64,000 bases of DNA, from contig CAWKBC010000027.1 of assembly GCA_963847705.1 (NCBI GenBank), positions 736,001 to 800,000 on the forward strand, in the 5' to 3' direction. How positions within the stretch are numbered: the first letter of the stretch is position 1; the number at the start of each line of letters is the position of its first letter. Under the pieces are notes generated by a model. That model did no database searches. It worked only from the letters and a program-made list of their open reading frames with translations, and was not told the DNA's origin. The DNA comes from an uncultured Pseudomonadota bacterium. GTDB lineage: Bacteria > Myxococcota_A > Polyangia > Fen-1088. This document shows positions 36,119-48,000 of the stretch, piece by piece. Position numbers and translations under genes: made by a program.

Positions 36119-37959
36119 AGGCACGTCACGTTCGCCGCCACCGGCTGACGACGGCGCTGGGTGCCGCGCTGGCGCTCGGCCTCGGGGCCTGCGCGACCAG
36201 TCCCTTCCAGCGGGCCGGCAACGCGGACGACGTGGCCGGCGCGGTGGCGCGCTCGCATCCACCCGCCGCCACCGGGCGCAGCCTGGCGTTCCTGGTCCTG
36301 GCGGGCGCCGGCGGCGCGCGGCTGGCCGAATACGATCTCGCCGCCTCCCGGGTCATGTGGACCCAACCGGCCGACGTGACCACCCGGGTCGAGGTCGGTG
36401 GCAGCGTCCTCGTTCACGGCAGCAAGGGGACGACGCCCAACGGAGAGCTGGTCGGGCGTGATGTGGCGACGGGCGCCGCGCTCTGGCAGCACCCCTTCCC
36501 CTCGTCCGAGCACCTCTACGGCTACGCCCTCGACGGCGACGCGCTGTTCGTCGTCACCCGCTCGACCACCAACCCGAGCAAAGCCGCCGGGGTGCTGGCG
36601 GCGTATGACGGGCGCACCGGGATCCTGCGCTGGCAGACCACCTTGCCGTCGGCACGCGTCGCTGGGCCGGCGGTGCGCGGCGGGGTGGTGGCGGTGCCGC
36701 TGGAGTCGCAGTACGTGCTCCTCTACGACGGCGTCACGGGGCTGCCGCTCGGACAGGTGCTTTCGACCGAGGAGGCCGCCACCTTCGTCCGCGCTCTGCC
36801 GGAGGGGTTCTTCTACGGCTCGCGCGGCCTGTTTCTGCTCGGGCGCGACACCGCCCGCGGCTCGCGCCACGCCAGCGGATACCTGGCCGCGCAGCTCCCG
36901 GCTTTCGTGCGACCGACCTACGACTACGATCACTACCGCCCCGAGCAGAACGAGTACTCGGCGCTCGATCGCAACCGCGTTCTCTGGCGGGTCACCGTCG
37001 CCGCCGACCGCCCGCTGTTCCGCGACGGTCTGGCCTTCGTGCACGACTACCGGTTCTTCTTCGCCTTCGACGCCAAGACAGCCGCGCTCCGCTGGGCCTA
37101 CGTCAGCCCCGAGGACGCGGTGGCCTCGACGGACACCGGTCGTTCGATTCTGTTCGTGTCGGTGACCGGCGAGATCACGGCCCTCGATCCCCTCACCGGC
37201 GCGCGAATCTACCGGGCCGGGCTTCCGGGCGAGGTGGTGCGGGGGGCGACCTTCGACGCTGAGGGGTTCGCGCCGCCGGTCACCGCCGCGGTGAGCACGC
37301 CGCCCGATCTGCTGGCGTCGCTGACGGCGATCATCGCCGATCCGGATCAACGATTTCCCGCGCTCAAGCTGTTCGCCATCGAAGAGCTCGGCCGCCAGCC
37401 GGGGCGGAACGTGACCGCCAAGCTGCTCGAGATCCTGGAGACCGAGAAGACGTCGCCGCTGGCCCTCCAGAAGGCGGGGGAGATGCTGGTCGGGCGTCGT
37501 GACGCCGGCGCGCTGGAGCTGTTCACCACCGCGCTGCGGGCGCATGCCGACTACAGCGCCAAGCGGGGGGCGCCGCCGGTGGAGATCCTCGCCCGCGCGA
37601 TCGGTGCGCTCGGGCCGTTGGCGCGCGCGGTGGCGCCGGATCTCGACGCGCACCTGAGGCTGCCGGAGACCTCGCCGGCCGCGGCGACGGAGATCGCCAA
37701 GGCGCTGGCGCAGATCGGCGCCCGCGAATCGATCCCGGCGCTGCGCGACTTTCTGACCATGTACCGGGCCGACCCCGGCTTCGAGCGCGATCCCACCGCG
37801 CTGGTGGCGGCGGCCGAGGCGCTGCTCACGCTGGGCGGGTCGGCCGATCGCGAGCTCTTGCTGTTCCTGGCCGAGGAGCCGCACACGGCGGCGGGTCTTC
37901 GCGCGCACGTCACGCGCGCGCTCGGCGAGACGGCCACGGCGACGGCGGCCAAAGAGTGA
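36115..37959 (+). CDS. lipoprotein with PQQ-like beta-propeller repeats and C-terminal HEAT repeats
   Basis: Lipobox LGLGAC; DVATGAALW, AYDGRTGILRW, AFDAKTAALRW, ALDPLTG repeats. Confidence 0.78.
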   Translation: MKARHVRRHRLTTALGAALALGLGACATSPFQRAGNADDVAGAVARSHPPAATGRSLAFLVLAGAGGARLAEYDLAASRVMWTQPADVTTRVEVGGSVLVHGSKGTTPNGELVGRDVATGAALWQHPFPSSEHLYGYALDGDALFVVTRSTTNPSKAAGVLAAYDGRTGILRWQTTLPSARVAGPAVRGGVVAVPLESQYVLLYDGVTGLPLGQVLSTEEAATFVRALPEGFFYGSRGLFLLGRDTARGSRHASGYLAAQLPAFVRPTYDYDHYRPEQNEYSALDRNRVLWRVTVAADRPLFRDGLAFVHDYRFFFAFDAKTAALRWAYVSPEDAVASTDTGRSILFVSVTGEITALDPLTGARIYRAGLPGEVVRGATFDAEGFAPPVTAAVSTPPDLLASLTAIIADPDQRFPALKLFAIEELGRQPGRNVTAKLLEILETEKTSPLALQKAGEMLVGRRDAGALELFTTALRAHADYSAKRGAPPVEILARAIGALGPLARAVAPDLDAHLRLPETSPAAATEIAKALAQIGARESIPALRDFLTMYRADPGFERDPTALVAAAEALLTLGGSADRELLLFLAEEPHTAAGLRAHVTRALGETATATAAKE

Positions 37960-38285
37960 AGGTGAGCGTGGTCGTCTGCCGCGGACCTGTCTGCGGCGAC
38001 AAGCGCGGGTCAGCCGCCTTGACCGCTCACCTCACCGCCAGCCTGGTCGCGCGCAAGCTGCAGGATCACGTCACCGTCAGCGAGGAGATCTGCCTGGGCC
38101 ACTGTCTGCGCGGGCCCAATGTCCTGGTGTCGGACGCCGAAGACCCCGATGGTCTCACCTCGCCACGCGCCATCCTTTACAACCGGATGACCATCGCCGA
38201 CCTCGATCGGGTGGTCGAGCGCCATCTGGTCGGCGGGATCGCCGTCCGCGCGCTGACGAACCTGCTTCCCGTCCGCGACCGTTAG
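37956..38285 (+). CDS. thioredoxin-like [2Fe-2S] ferredoxin
   Basis: CRGPVC...CLGHCLRGP...Y.....D...VVERHL. Confidence 0.82.
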   Translation: MKVSVVVCRGPVCGDKRGSAALTAHLTASLVARKLQDHVTVSEEICLGHCLRGPNVLVSDAEDPDGLTSPRAILYNRMTIADLDRVVERHLVGGIAVRALTNLLPVRDR

Positions 38286-38330
38286 GCTTGCGCCGAGGGG
38301 CGACGGCGCCCAGAATCGCCGGTCCTTCGG

Positions 38331-40584
<2,254 letters not shown>

Positions 40585-40627
40585 CCGGCGCCCTGGCGAT
40601 CGCCCAGCGCGCGCCCAAGCGACCGCG

Positions 40628-41041
40628 TCAGCGGGCGCCCGAGATCGCCGCGACGATCTCTTGCGGACTCGTGCTGCGCTCGCGCTCGCGAACGGCGTCG
40701 ACGGCCGCTTGCAGCTCGCCCTTGTCGAGGAAGATGCCCTGACAGCGGCTGCAGTAGTCGACGTGGACCGAGCCCAGCATCACCTCGGAGAGGCTGCCGG
40801 GGCAGACCGGGCAGGGGGCGATCGACTCGGTCGGGATGGGCGGCGGTCCCGCCTTGCCGGCGAGCAGGCCTCGCAGCCGCGCCAGCTCGGCCTCGGGCAG
40901 CTTGGCTGCGCGGCTGATCTCGCCGCGATCCAACCAGAGCCCGCCGCACTTGGGGCAGAGGTCGACCTCCAGCCCCTGGAAGAGCGCCTTATCCAGGATC
41001 GAGTTGCATTTTACGCAGCAGATGTTGGTGGCGTCCGACAT
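40628..41041 (-). CDS. double zinc-ribbon (zf-TFIIB-like) protein
   Basis: CVKC..CPKCGGLWLDRGE and CPVC..CSRCQGIFLDKGE. Confidence 0.85.
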   Translation of the reverse strand: MSDATNICCVKCNSILDKALFQGLEVDLCPKCGGLWLDRGEISRAAKLPEAELARLRGLLAGKAGPPPIPTESIAPCPVCPGSLSEVMLGSVHVDYCSRCQGIFLDKGELQAAVDAVRERERSTSPQEIVAAISGAR

Positions 41042-41062
41042 GGGCGAGATACTAGCAGTCCT
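41042..41062. promoter_or_regulatory. 21-bp divergent intergenic region with overlapping -10-like hexamers
   Basis: Minus strand TAGTAT 7 nt before ATG 41041; plus strand GATACT 9 nt before ATG 41063. Confidence 0.45.
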
Positions 41063-41848
41063 ATGAACCGCGAGGAACAAGGGAAGGCCCAGGGAAAGGA
41101 ACCGGCGGATTCCCTCTCCGACCTGGAGACGCGTCTCGGGTACGTCTTTCGCGATCGGGCGCTCGCCGCGACGGCGCTCACGCACACCTCCTGGCGGAAC
41201 GAGGCGCCGGCGCCCGGGCCCGCCGACAACGAGCGGCTCGAGTTTCTCGGCGACGCGGTGCTGGCGCTGGTGGTGAGCGATCTGCTGATGCGCCGCCTCC
41301 CGGACAGCGCGGAGGGCGATCTGACGCGGGCGCGGGCGGCGCTGGTGAGCGAAGGAGGGCTGGCGCGGGCGGCGGGCGCGCTCGAGCTGGGGCGCTTCCT
41401 CTTCGTGGGCCGCGGCGAGGAGCGGACCGGGGGGCGCGCGCGTCCGTCGATCTTGAGCGACGCGCTGGAGGCGCTGATGGGCGCCGTCTATCTCGACGGC
41501 GGGCTCGACGCCGTCGCCGCGGTGGTGGCGCGGCTGTTTCAGTCCGAGCTGACCGACGTCGAATCGCACGCGCGGCTCGACTACAAGTCGCGGCTGCAGG
41601 AGCGGTCTCAGGCGCTCTGGCAGGCGGCCCCCGTCTACCAGGTCGTCGCCGAGAGCGGCCCCGATCACGACAAGCGGTTCGAGGTGGCGCTCTCCTTCGC
41701 CGGACGCGAGTGGGCCCGCGCCGGTGGGCGCTCGAAGAAAGAGGCGGAGCAGAGCGCGGCGGCGGTGGCGCTGGAGACGATCGAGCGTGAGTCGCGCCCC
41801 GGCGCCGACCCCGAACCCCAGCCCGACGCCAAGAAAGGCCAGCCATGA
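41063..41848 (+). CDS. rnc: ribonuclease III
   Basis: ALTHTS, NERLEFLGDAVL, DALEALMGAVYLD, DYKSRLQE, GPDHDKRF, GRSKKEAEQSAA. Confidence 0.95.
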   Translation: MNREEQGKAQGKEPADSLSDLETRLGYVFRDRALAATALTHTSWRNEAPAPGPADNERLEFLGDAVLALVVSDLLMRRLPDSAEGDLTRARAALVSEGGLARAAGALELGRFLFVGRGEERTGGRARPSILSDALEALMGAVYLDGGLDAVAAVVARLFQSELTDVESHARLDYKSRLQERSQALWQAAPVYQVVAESGPDHDKRFEVALSFAGREWARAGGRSKKEAEQSAAAVALETIERESRPGADPEPQPDAKKGQP

Positions 41849-43248
41849 GCCCGTCGTCGCTGGAGGCCCTGCGGGCCGAGGTCCCCCCCGACGTGCTGGC
41901 GATCTGCCGCCGGCTGCGCGAGGCCGGCCACCAGGCCCACCTGGTCGGGGGCGGCGTCCGCGACATGTTGATTGGCCGCCCGCCGGCCGACTTCGATCTG
42001 GCGACCGACGCCCGCCCAGAGGCGGTGGTGGCGCTGTTCGGCACGACCTTCGCCATCCCCACCGGCCTCAAGCACGGGACGGTCACCGTCCTCAGCGAGA
42101 CGCGGCGGCCGGTCGAGGTCACGACGTTTCGGGGCGAAGGGGAGTACCTCGACGGGCGGCGCCCGGTCTCGGTCACTTATGTGGACACGCTGGAGGAGGA
42201 TCTGAGCCGGCGCGACTTCACGATGAACGCGGTCGCCTTCGATCCGCTGGACGGGCGGCTCAGTGATCCGTTCGACGGGCAGGGCGATCTCGCCCGCAAG
42301 TTGATCCGCGCGGTCGGCGACCCGTTGATCCGCTTTCGCGAGGACGGCCTGCGCCCCCTGCGCGGCGTGCGGCAGGCGGCGCAGCTGGAGTTCGAGATCG
42401 ATCCGCCGACGCGCGACGCCATCCCGCAGACCCTCGACGTGTTTCGCAAGGTCTCCGCCGAGCGGATCCGCGACGAGCTGTTCAAGATGTTGGCGGCCCG
42501 GCACCCGTCACGGGGGCTCGAGCTGATGCGCCAGACGGGCCTCCTCGGCGAGGTGATCCCGGAGCTGCTCGAGGGGGTCGGCTGTACCCAGAATCGCTTT
42601 CACAAGCACGACGTCTTCGGCCACACCTTGTCGGTGGTGGACGCCACCCAGGGCGACCCTGTGGGGCGGCTGGGCGCGCTCCTGCACGACGTCGGCAAGC
42701 CGCGCGCGCGCCAGCCGCGCGAGGGTGCGCCCGGTGAGTTCAGCTTTTTCAAACATGAATACATCGGCGCGGAGATGGCCGATGCCATCTGCCGGCGCCT
42801 CAAGCTGGCCAACGCCGATCGCGACCGGGTGGTGGCGATGGTGAAGAACCACATGTTCTTCTACATGCCCGACTGGTCGGACGGCACGATCCGGCGTTTC
42901 GTCCGGCGGGTGGGCGGTCAAGCAGGGCTGGCCGACCTGTTCGCGTTGCGCGAGGGCGACGTGAAGGGGCGTGGCTTCGGTGAGGATCCCGACCTGGAGC
43001 TGCGCGAGCTGCGCAGCCGCATCGCCGTCGTCGCCGACGCCGACGCGGCTTTGAAGGTCACCGACCTCGCCATCGACGGCAAGGACGTGATGCGAATCCT
43101 GGGCATCGCTCCCGGCCGTGAGATCGGCGTGACTCTCGAGCGGCTGCTGGAGCGGGTGCTCGATGATCCGTCGCTCAACGAGCGCGAGAAGCTGGAGGCG
43201 CTGTTGCCGGAGCTCCGCGAACCGACCGCCGACGAAAAAACGCGCTGA
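41845..43248 (+). CDS. cca: CCA tRNA nucleotidyltransferase with HD domain
   Basis: VGGGVRD, DFDLAT, RRDFTMNA, EDGLR (EDxxR), SAERI, LLHDVGKP. Confidence 0.88.
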   Translation: MSPSSLEALRAEVPPDVLAICRRLREAGHQAHLVGGGVRDMLIGRPPADFDLATDARPEAVVALFGTTFAIPTGLKHGTVTVLSETRRPVEVTTFRGEGEYLDGRRPVSVTYVDTLEEDLSRRDFTMNAVAFDPLDGRLSDPFDGQGDLARKLIRAVGDPLIRFREDGLRPLRGVRQAAQLEFEIDPPTRDAIPQTLDVFRKVSAERIRDELFKMLAARHPSRGLELMRQTGLLGEVIPELLEGVGCTQNRFHKHDVFGHTLSVVDATQGDPVGRLGALLHDVGKPRARQPREGAPGEFSFFKHEYIGAEMADAICRRLKLANADRDRVVAMVKNHMFFYMPDWSDGTIRRFVRRVGGQAGLADLFALREGDVKGRGFGEDPDLELRELRSRIAVVADADAALKVTDLAIDGKDVMRILGIAPGREIGVTLERLLERVLDDPSLNEREKLEALLPELREPTADEKTR

Positions 43249-43252
43249 CGCG

Positions 43253-43936
43253 CTAACGCCGGTCGAGGGCCGCGACCAGCGCCGCCGCCGAGGTCACGGT
43301 CTCGACCCCCCGCGAAGCGGGCTCCAGCCGGCCGAGCAGCTCGGTGCGGCGACGGACCACCGTCGCCTCCGGATCGGAGAGCGGGATGACCTCGATCGCC
43401 GGCGCGGCGCCGCCCCTGGCCGGCCGTGGCGCCGGGGTCGCCGGGCCCGCGGCGATCGTCAACACGGCCGGAAGCTTCACCCGCAGGCGGCGCTTGCGAC
43501 CGCCGCCGCGCGTGAGGACATCGACCGTCCCCCCCGAAACGAGGGCGATCTCCTCGACGCCGGCGACGTAGTTGGCCCCCAGGTGGCGGGCAATCGCGGC
43601 GGGCGCCGCACCCAGCCCTTCGTCGTCGGAGCGCACGCCGGTCAGCACCAGATCGGCGCCGATCCGCCGGAGCGCGATGGCCAGCAGCTGTCCGATGGTG
43701 TGGAAGTCGGTGCCGGTCATGTCGTCCGCCGCCACCCGCACCGCGCGATCGACCCCGGCGGCCAGCGCCAGGCGGAGCGAGCCGGCCTCCATCGAGGTCC
43801 CTCCGAGCAGCGCCGTCGTCTGGTGGCCGCCTGCCCCGAGCCCCAGGCCGTGCGCCAGCGCCAGCGCGTCCGCGCGGCCCAGCGCGTCGGGTTCCGGCCC
43901 TGGCGGCGGAGCCCGAAAACAGACGACCACGTTCAC
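43253..43936 (-). CDS. divergent electron-transfer-flavoprotein beta-like protein
   Basis: GTG overlaps upstream stop; ALAAGVDRAVRV, GADLVLTG..S.D, VKLPAVLTI; lacks the KQVPD motif. Confidence 0.65.
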   Translation of the reverse strand: MNVVVCFRAPPPGPEPDALGRADALALAHGLGLGAGGHQTTALLGGTSMEAGSLRLALAAGVDRAVRVAADDMTGTDFHTIGQLLAIALRRIGADLVLTGVRSDDEGLGAAPAAIARHLGANYVAGVEEIALVSGGTVDVLTRGGGRKRRLRVKLPAVLTIAAGPATPAPRPARGGAAPAIEVIPLSDPEATVVRRRTELLGRLEPASRGVETVTSAAALVAALDRR

Positions 43937-44910
43937 GCGACACCTCTGCCGGCGAACGCCGCGAGCGCCTGGCCGATCTCGCTCCAGAGCTCGGCTCCGG
44001 CCGCCCCGGCGGGGACGCGCCAGAGGACGTCGACCGCGCGGGGCGGAGCTGCGTCGTCGCCGAACAGGATGGCGCCGAGACGGCCGCGGGGCGTCCCCAT
44101 CGCCAACCACGCGACGTCGCCGATGGCGATCACGATCTCCGGCGAGCTGGCCGCGATCGCCGCCGCCGCCCGCTCTCGGTCGACCACCGCCACGCCCGCC
44201 GGCGCCGCGGCCGCGATCTGCGCCAGCGCCTCGGAGCCGAGCGCGGGATCGACCGCCACCAGCACGCGCGCCAGCGGAATCGCCGCGTCGTCGTCGCGCT
44301 CGGAGGTGAGCTCCGAGGTGGTGTTCCCTCTGGGGGGCGCGCAGGCAATCACGTCGACGTCGATCTTTTCGCTGCCGACCTGCTGCGTGGCCACGCCGGC
44401 GGCCAGGATGGCGATCACCGGCCGTTCGATCTCCACCGGATCGAGGCGTCGATAGGCGGCCCGGGCGCCACGCCAGCGGCGGAGGACGACGCGCCCCACG
44501 CCGTCGGCGAGCGGACCGGCTGCGTCCGTCGCCTCGACGTCGGCGGCGCCAGCAAAGGCGGCGCCGATGCGGGCGGCGAGGCTGGGCCCGAGCGCCATCC
44601 CGGCCCCTCCGGCCGGAAAGAGCACCAGCAGCGGCGCGACCCGCTCGACCGCGGCCTGCAGGGCGGGGCCGTGGGTGGCATCCAGCGCCGCCGCCGAAAG
44701 GCCCGCCCCCTCGCAGAGCAGGACCTTGTCAGCCCCCGCACGCCCGAGACGCACCACCACCGCCTGGTCGAGCTCGCCATCGCTCATCACGATGGCGTAG
44801 ACGGTCGCGCCGGCCACGTGCGCGACGCGGCGGCTCTCGGAGAGCGCGAACAGCGATGGGCCCGTGGGCTCGCCGTCGCGGAGATCGATGGGAACGAGCA
44901 GGTTCGGCAG
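43933..44910 (-). CDS. divergent electron-transfer-flavoprotein alpha-like protein (probable CTG start)
   Basis: (L/M)PNLLVPIDLRDGEPT..LSESRRV, GADKVLL, LVLFPA..G..LAARIG, ARVLVAV; GAGG 6 nt before CTG 44910. Confidence 0.6.
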   Translation of the reverse strand: MPNLLVPIDLRDGEPTGPSLFALSESRRVAHVAGATVYAIVMSDGELDQAVVVRLGRAGADKVLLCEGAGLSAAALDATHGPALQAAVERVAPLLVLFPAGGAGMALGPSLAARIGAAFAGAADVEATDAAGPLADGVGRVVLRRWRGARAAYRRLDPVEIERPVIAILAAGVATQQVGSEKIDVDVIACAPPRGNTTSELTSERDDDAAIPLARVLVAVDPALGSEALAQIAAAAPAGVAVVDRERAAAAIAASSPEIVIAIGDVAWLAMGTPRGRLGAILFGDDAAPPRAVDVLWRVPAGAAGAELWSEIGQALAAFAGRGVA

Positions 44911-45011
44911 GAAGCGCCTCGCGGATGCGTCCCTTCGCGGAACGCGGAACGCGGGATTGGCGGAGTGGTTGGACGGCCACCATCATGCCTACGGGGGCGG
45001 GGGCTGTCCAT

Positions 45012-45041
45012 TTGACATGCTGATCGACCGGCCGTGATAAT
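45012..45041 (+). promoter_or_regulatory. sigma70-like promoter for the giant TPR gene pair
   Basis: TTGACA-N18-GATAAT, 19 nt before ATG 45061. Confidence 0.6.
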
Positions 45042-45060
45042 GCAGCTCCGGCACTCCGGC

Positions 45061-48000
45061 ATGCCACCAGGAACCGACGGCGACGACGAAGAGCTGGTCG
45101 AGATCGATGTCGAGATCGACGGGCCGCCACCGGTTCCCCAGGCCTCGGCGCCCGAGCTGATCGCGGACGGAGGGGACACCGAGCCGAACCGCGGCGGAAC
45201 GCCCACCGAGGGTCCACCGCCCGCGCCTCCGGACATCCTGGAAATCTCCGACGTGGTCGAGCTGCAGCCGCCGATCGTCGAAGCAGCTGCGGACGATCTG
45301 GCCAGCGCGCTGGCGCTCTATGAAGCCGAGGCGGCCGCCGCGGAGGGGGGGCGAAAGGGCGCGCTGCTGCTGGAGGTCGCTCGGCTCCGGGAGATGCGCG
45401 ACGGCGCCGGGGAAGGGGGTGCGCGCGCGGCCCTGGCGGCGGCGCGCGCAGCCTTCGCCAGCGATCCCGCCTCGGTGCCCGCCCTCTGGCTGCTGCGCCG
45501 CCTGCTCGCGCGCGCCGGCGGGTGGGAGGAGCTGGCGGCGATCTACGAGCAGGCGATCCAGGCCCCGTTGTCTGCCGCCGACCCGCGTCTGCGCGCCGAG
45601 CTGCTGATCGCCCGTGGGCGGTTGCTGGAAGATCGGCTCGACCGCGCCAACGACGCGATCGGCTGTTACCGGGAAGCGCTGGCAGCGGCGCCCGATCACC
45701 CGGGCGCGCTGCTGTCCCAGCTGCTGGCCGGCGCGCGGGGGCAGGATGCGGCGCTCCTCGCCGAGGCGCTGGGCGGGCTCGCACGCCGCGCGGAGAGCCC
45801 CCCCGTGCGGGCGGCGCTGGTCATCGAAGAGGCGCTCGCCTGGCGTCGCGCCGAGCCGCGCGACGGTGCGGAGCGCGCGCTCGCCGTGCTGGAGGAGGAG
45901 CTCGGCCGCAACGACCCCGGGTCGCCGGTCGGGGCGCTGCTGGCCGAGCTCGAGGCGCTGGCGCGCGCCGAGGTCCCTGCGGCGACGGCGGTGCAGGCGC
46001 TCGAGGATCTGGCCAGACGGCTGGAGAGCGTCGACGCAGGCCTGGCCGTCGCGCTCTTGCGCGAGCGGGCCCGTCTGTTGCGCCAGGAGTTGCTGGCGCC
46101 CGAGGCGGCGCTGGAGACGCTCGACGAGGCGGCGCGCCTCGACCCCGCGCATCCGGTGGTGGCTGCCGAGCGGTTCGAGCTGGCGTTGGCCCTCGATCGC
46201 CGCGACGCGGCCGGCGAGCTCGCGCGGGGATTCCTCCTGGCGGCCAGGCGCGACGACGAGGCGGTCGACTTCGCGCTCGCCTGCGCGGAGGCGATCTTCG
46301 ATCCCGCCCACCCCGACGCCGCCGTGGAGATTCTCCAGACGCCCCGGGTGCGGGCCCGCCGCGCGGCCCGGGCCGATCTGCGGGCGCTCGAGCTGGCGCT
46401 GGCCGTCGTCCGACGGGACCCGCGGGCGCTGGCCGATGCCTTCACGCTCGGAGCGGACGCCGAGACGCATGCCGACGCCGGGTCGAAGGTCGCCGCGCTC
46501 ATCGCCGCGGGAGCGGTTCGGGCGGGACCGCTCGGGCAGACCGACGTGGCCAGCGATCTCTACCAGCGGGCCATCGATTTTGCTGCCTCGCCCGAACAGG
46601 CGCGCCCGGCCTTGCAGGTGCTGGTCTCGCTGCGGGCCGCCGCCGGCCGCATCGAGGAGGCGACCGCGATTCTGGAGACGGCGCTGGCTGCCTCGGCGGC
46701 GTCGTCCGGAGGAGGTACCAGCGAAGCAGACGCCGCCTTCGAGATCTGGGCGCGCGAATCGCTGGTGGCCTTCTACGCCGACGAGCTCGGCGCGCCCGGC
46801 CGCGCGCTGCCGCACCAGCGCCGTCTGGTCGCTCTGCGGCCGCGAGAGGGCGCGGGTCGGGTGCGGCTCTGCGATCTCGATCTGGAGAGCGCCCCGGATG
46901 GCCTGCGGCCGAACGAGCGCGCCGACAACCTGCTCGCCCTGGCGGCCGAGGCGGGCGAGCCGGCGGTGGAGATCGCGCTCCGGGTCACCGCCGGGCGAGC
47001 GCTCGCCGATTCCCCGGAGCCGCAGCAGAGCGCCGAAGGGCTGGCGCTGCTCGGCCAGCTGGTGACGGTCGATCCGTCGGGGCTGGCTGCGGCGCCGGTG
47101 GAGCGGGCGGCGGCCTCGCCGGCGGCGCGCGCGGAGATCGTGGCGGCCGAGCTCGGCGCCGCGGTCGACAACGGCCCGGCGGAGCGGACGCGTGCGCTCC
47201 GTTTCCGACTGGCGCACCACCGCGCGGCGGCGGGCGCTTTCGCCGAGGCGATGGCCGCCTTGACGCCGCTTCGCTCCGAGGGAGATCCGCTGGCCCGCGC
47301 CTGGAGCTACGCGCTGGCGCGCCGCGCGGGCGACGCGTTCCTGGAGGTCGCCGTGCTCTCCGAGGAGACGCGGGTGCCCGACGGCACGCTCGGCGACGAG
47401 GCGGGCGTGCTGCTCGCGCACGGCGAGGCGCTGGCCGAAGCGGGTGACCCGCAAGGGGCCGCCGATTCGTTGCGCCGCGCGGTCGCTCGCGCCCCGGACG
47501 GGGAGACAGCAGCCGACGCCGCCCTCTTGCTCTATCGTCTGGCGACCGTCGCCGCCACCAGCCCGGGCGGAGCGGGCGCGGCGTTGCCCGAGGCGCTGGA
47601 GGCACTGGCGGGTGCGGTGGGAGACGATCCCGCGCTCGCCGCGGCGGCGGCGCGCGAGGCGGCGCTCAGCGCGGCGGCGAGCGGCTCGGCTGCTGTCGTC
47701 CAGGGAGCGGCAACGAAAACGAAGCTCGGCGATTCGCCCGCCGCTCACGCCGAGCTGACGCTCTTGCGATTCATGACCGGTGTGCGCGCCGGGGACCCGA
47801 AGACGGTGGCCGAATCACTGGCCGAGATCGCGCGGGGGCTGGCCGACGCCGACGGAACCGTGCCCGGCGAAGCCGTGCCGCTGCTGGCCCGCGCGGCGGC
47901 GCGCGCCCGGCTGGCCGGCGCCGAGACCGCGGAGGCGGTCGCCGTGGCCGTCTGGGAGACGGCGCATCCGCCCGCGCTGGCGCCGGCCCTCGCCGATCTG

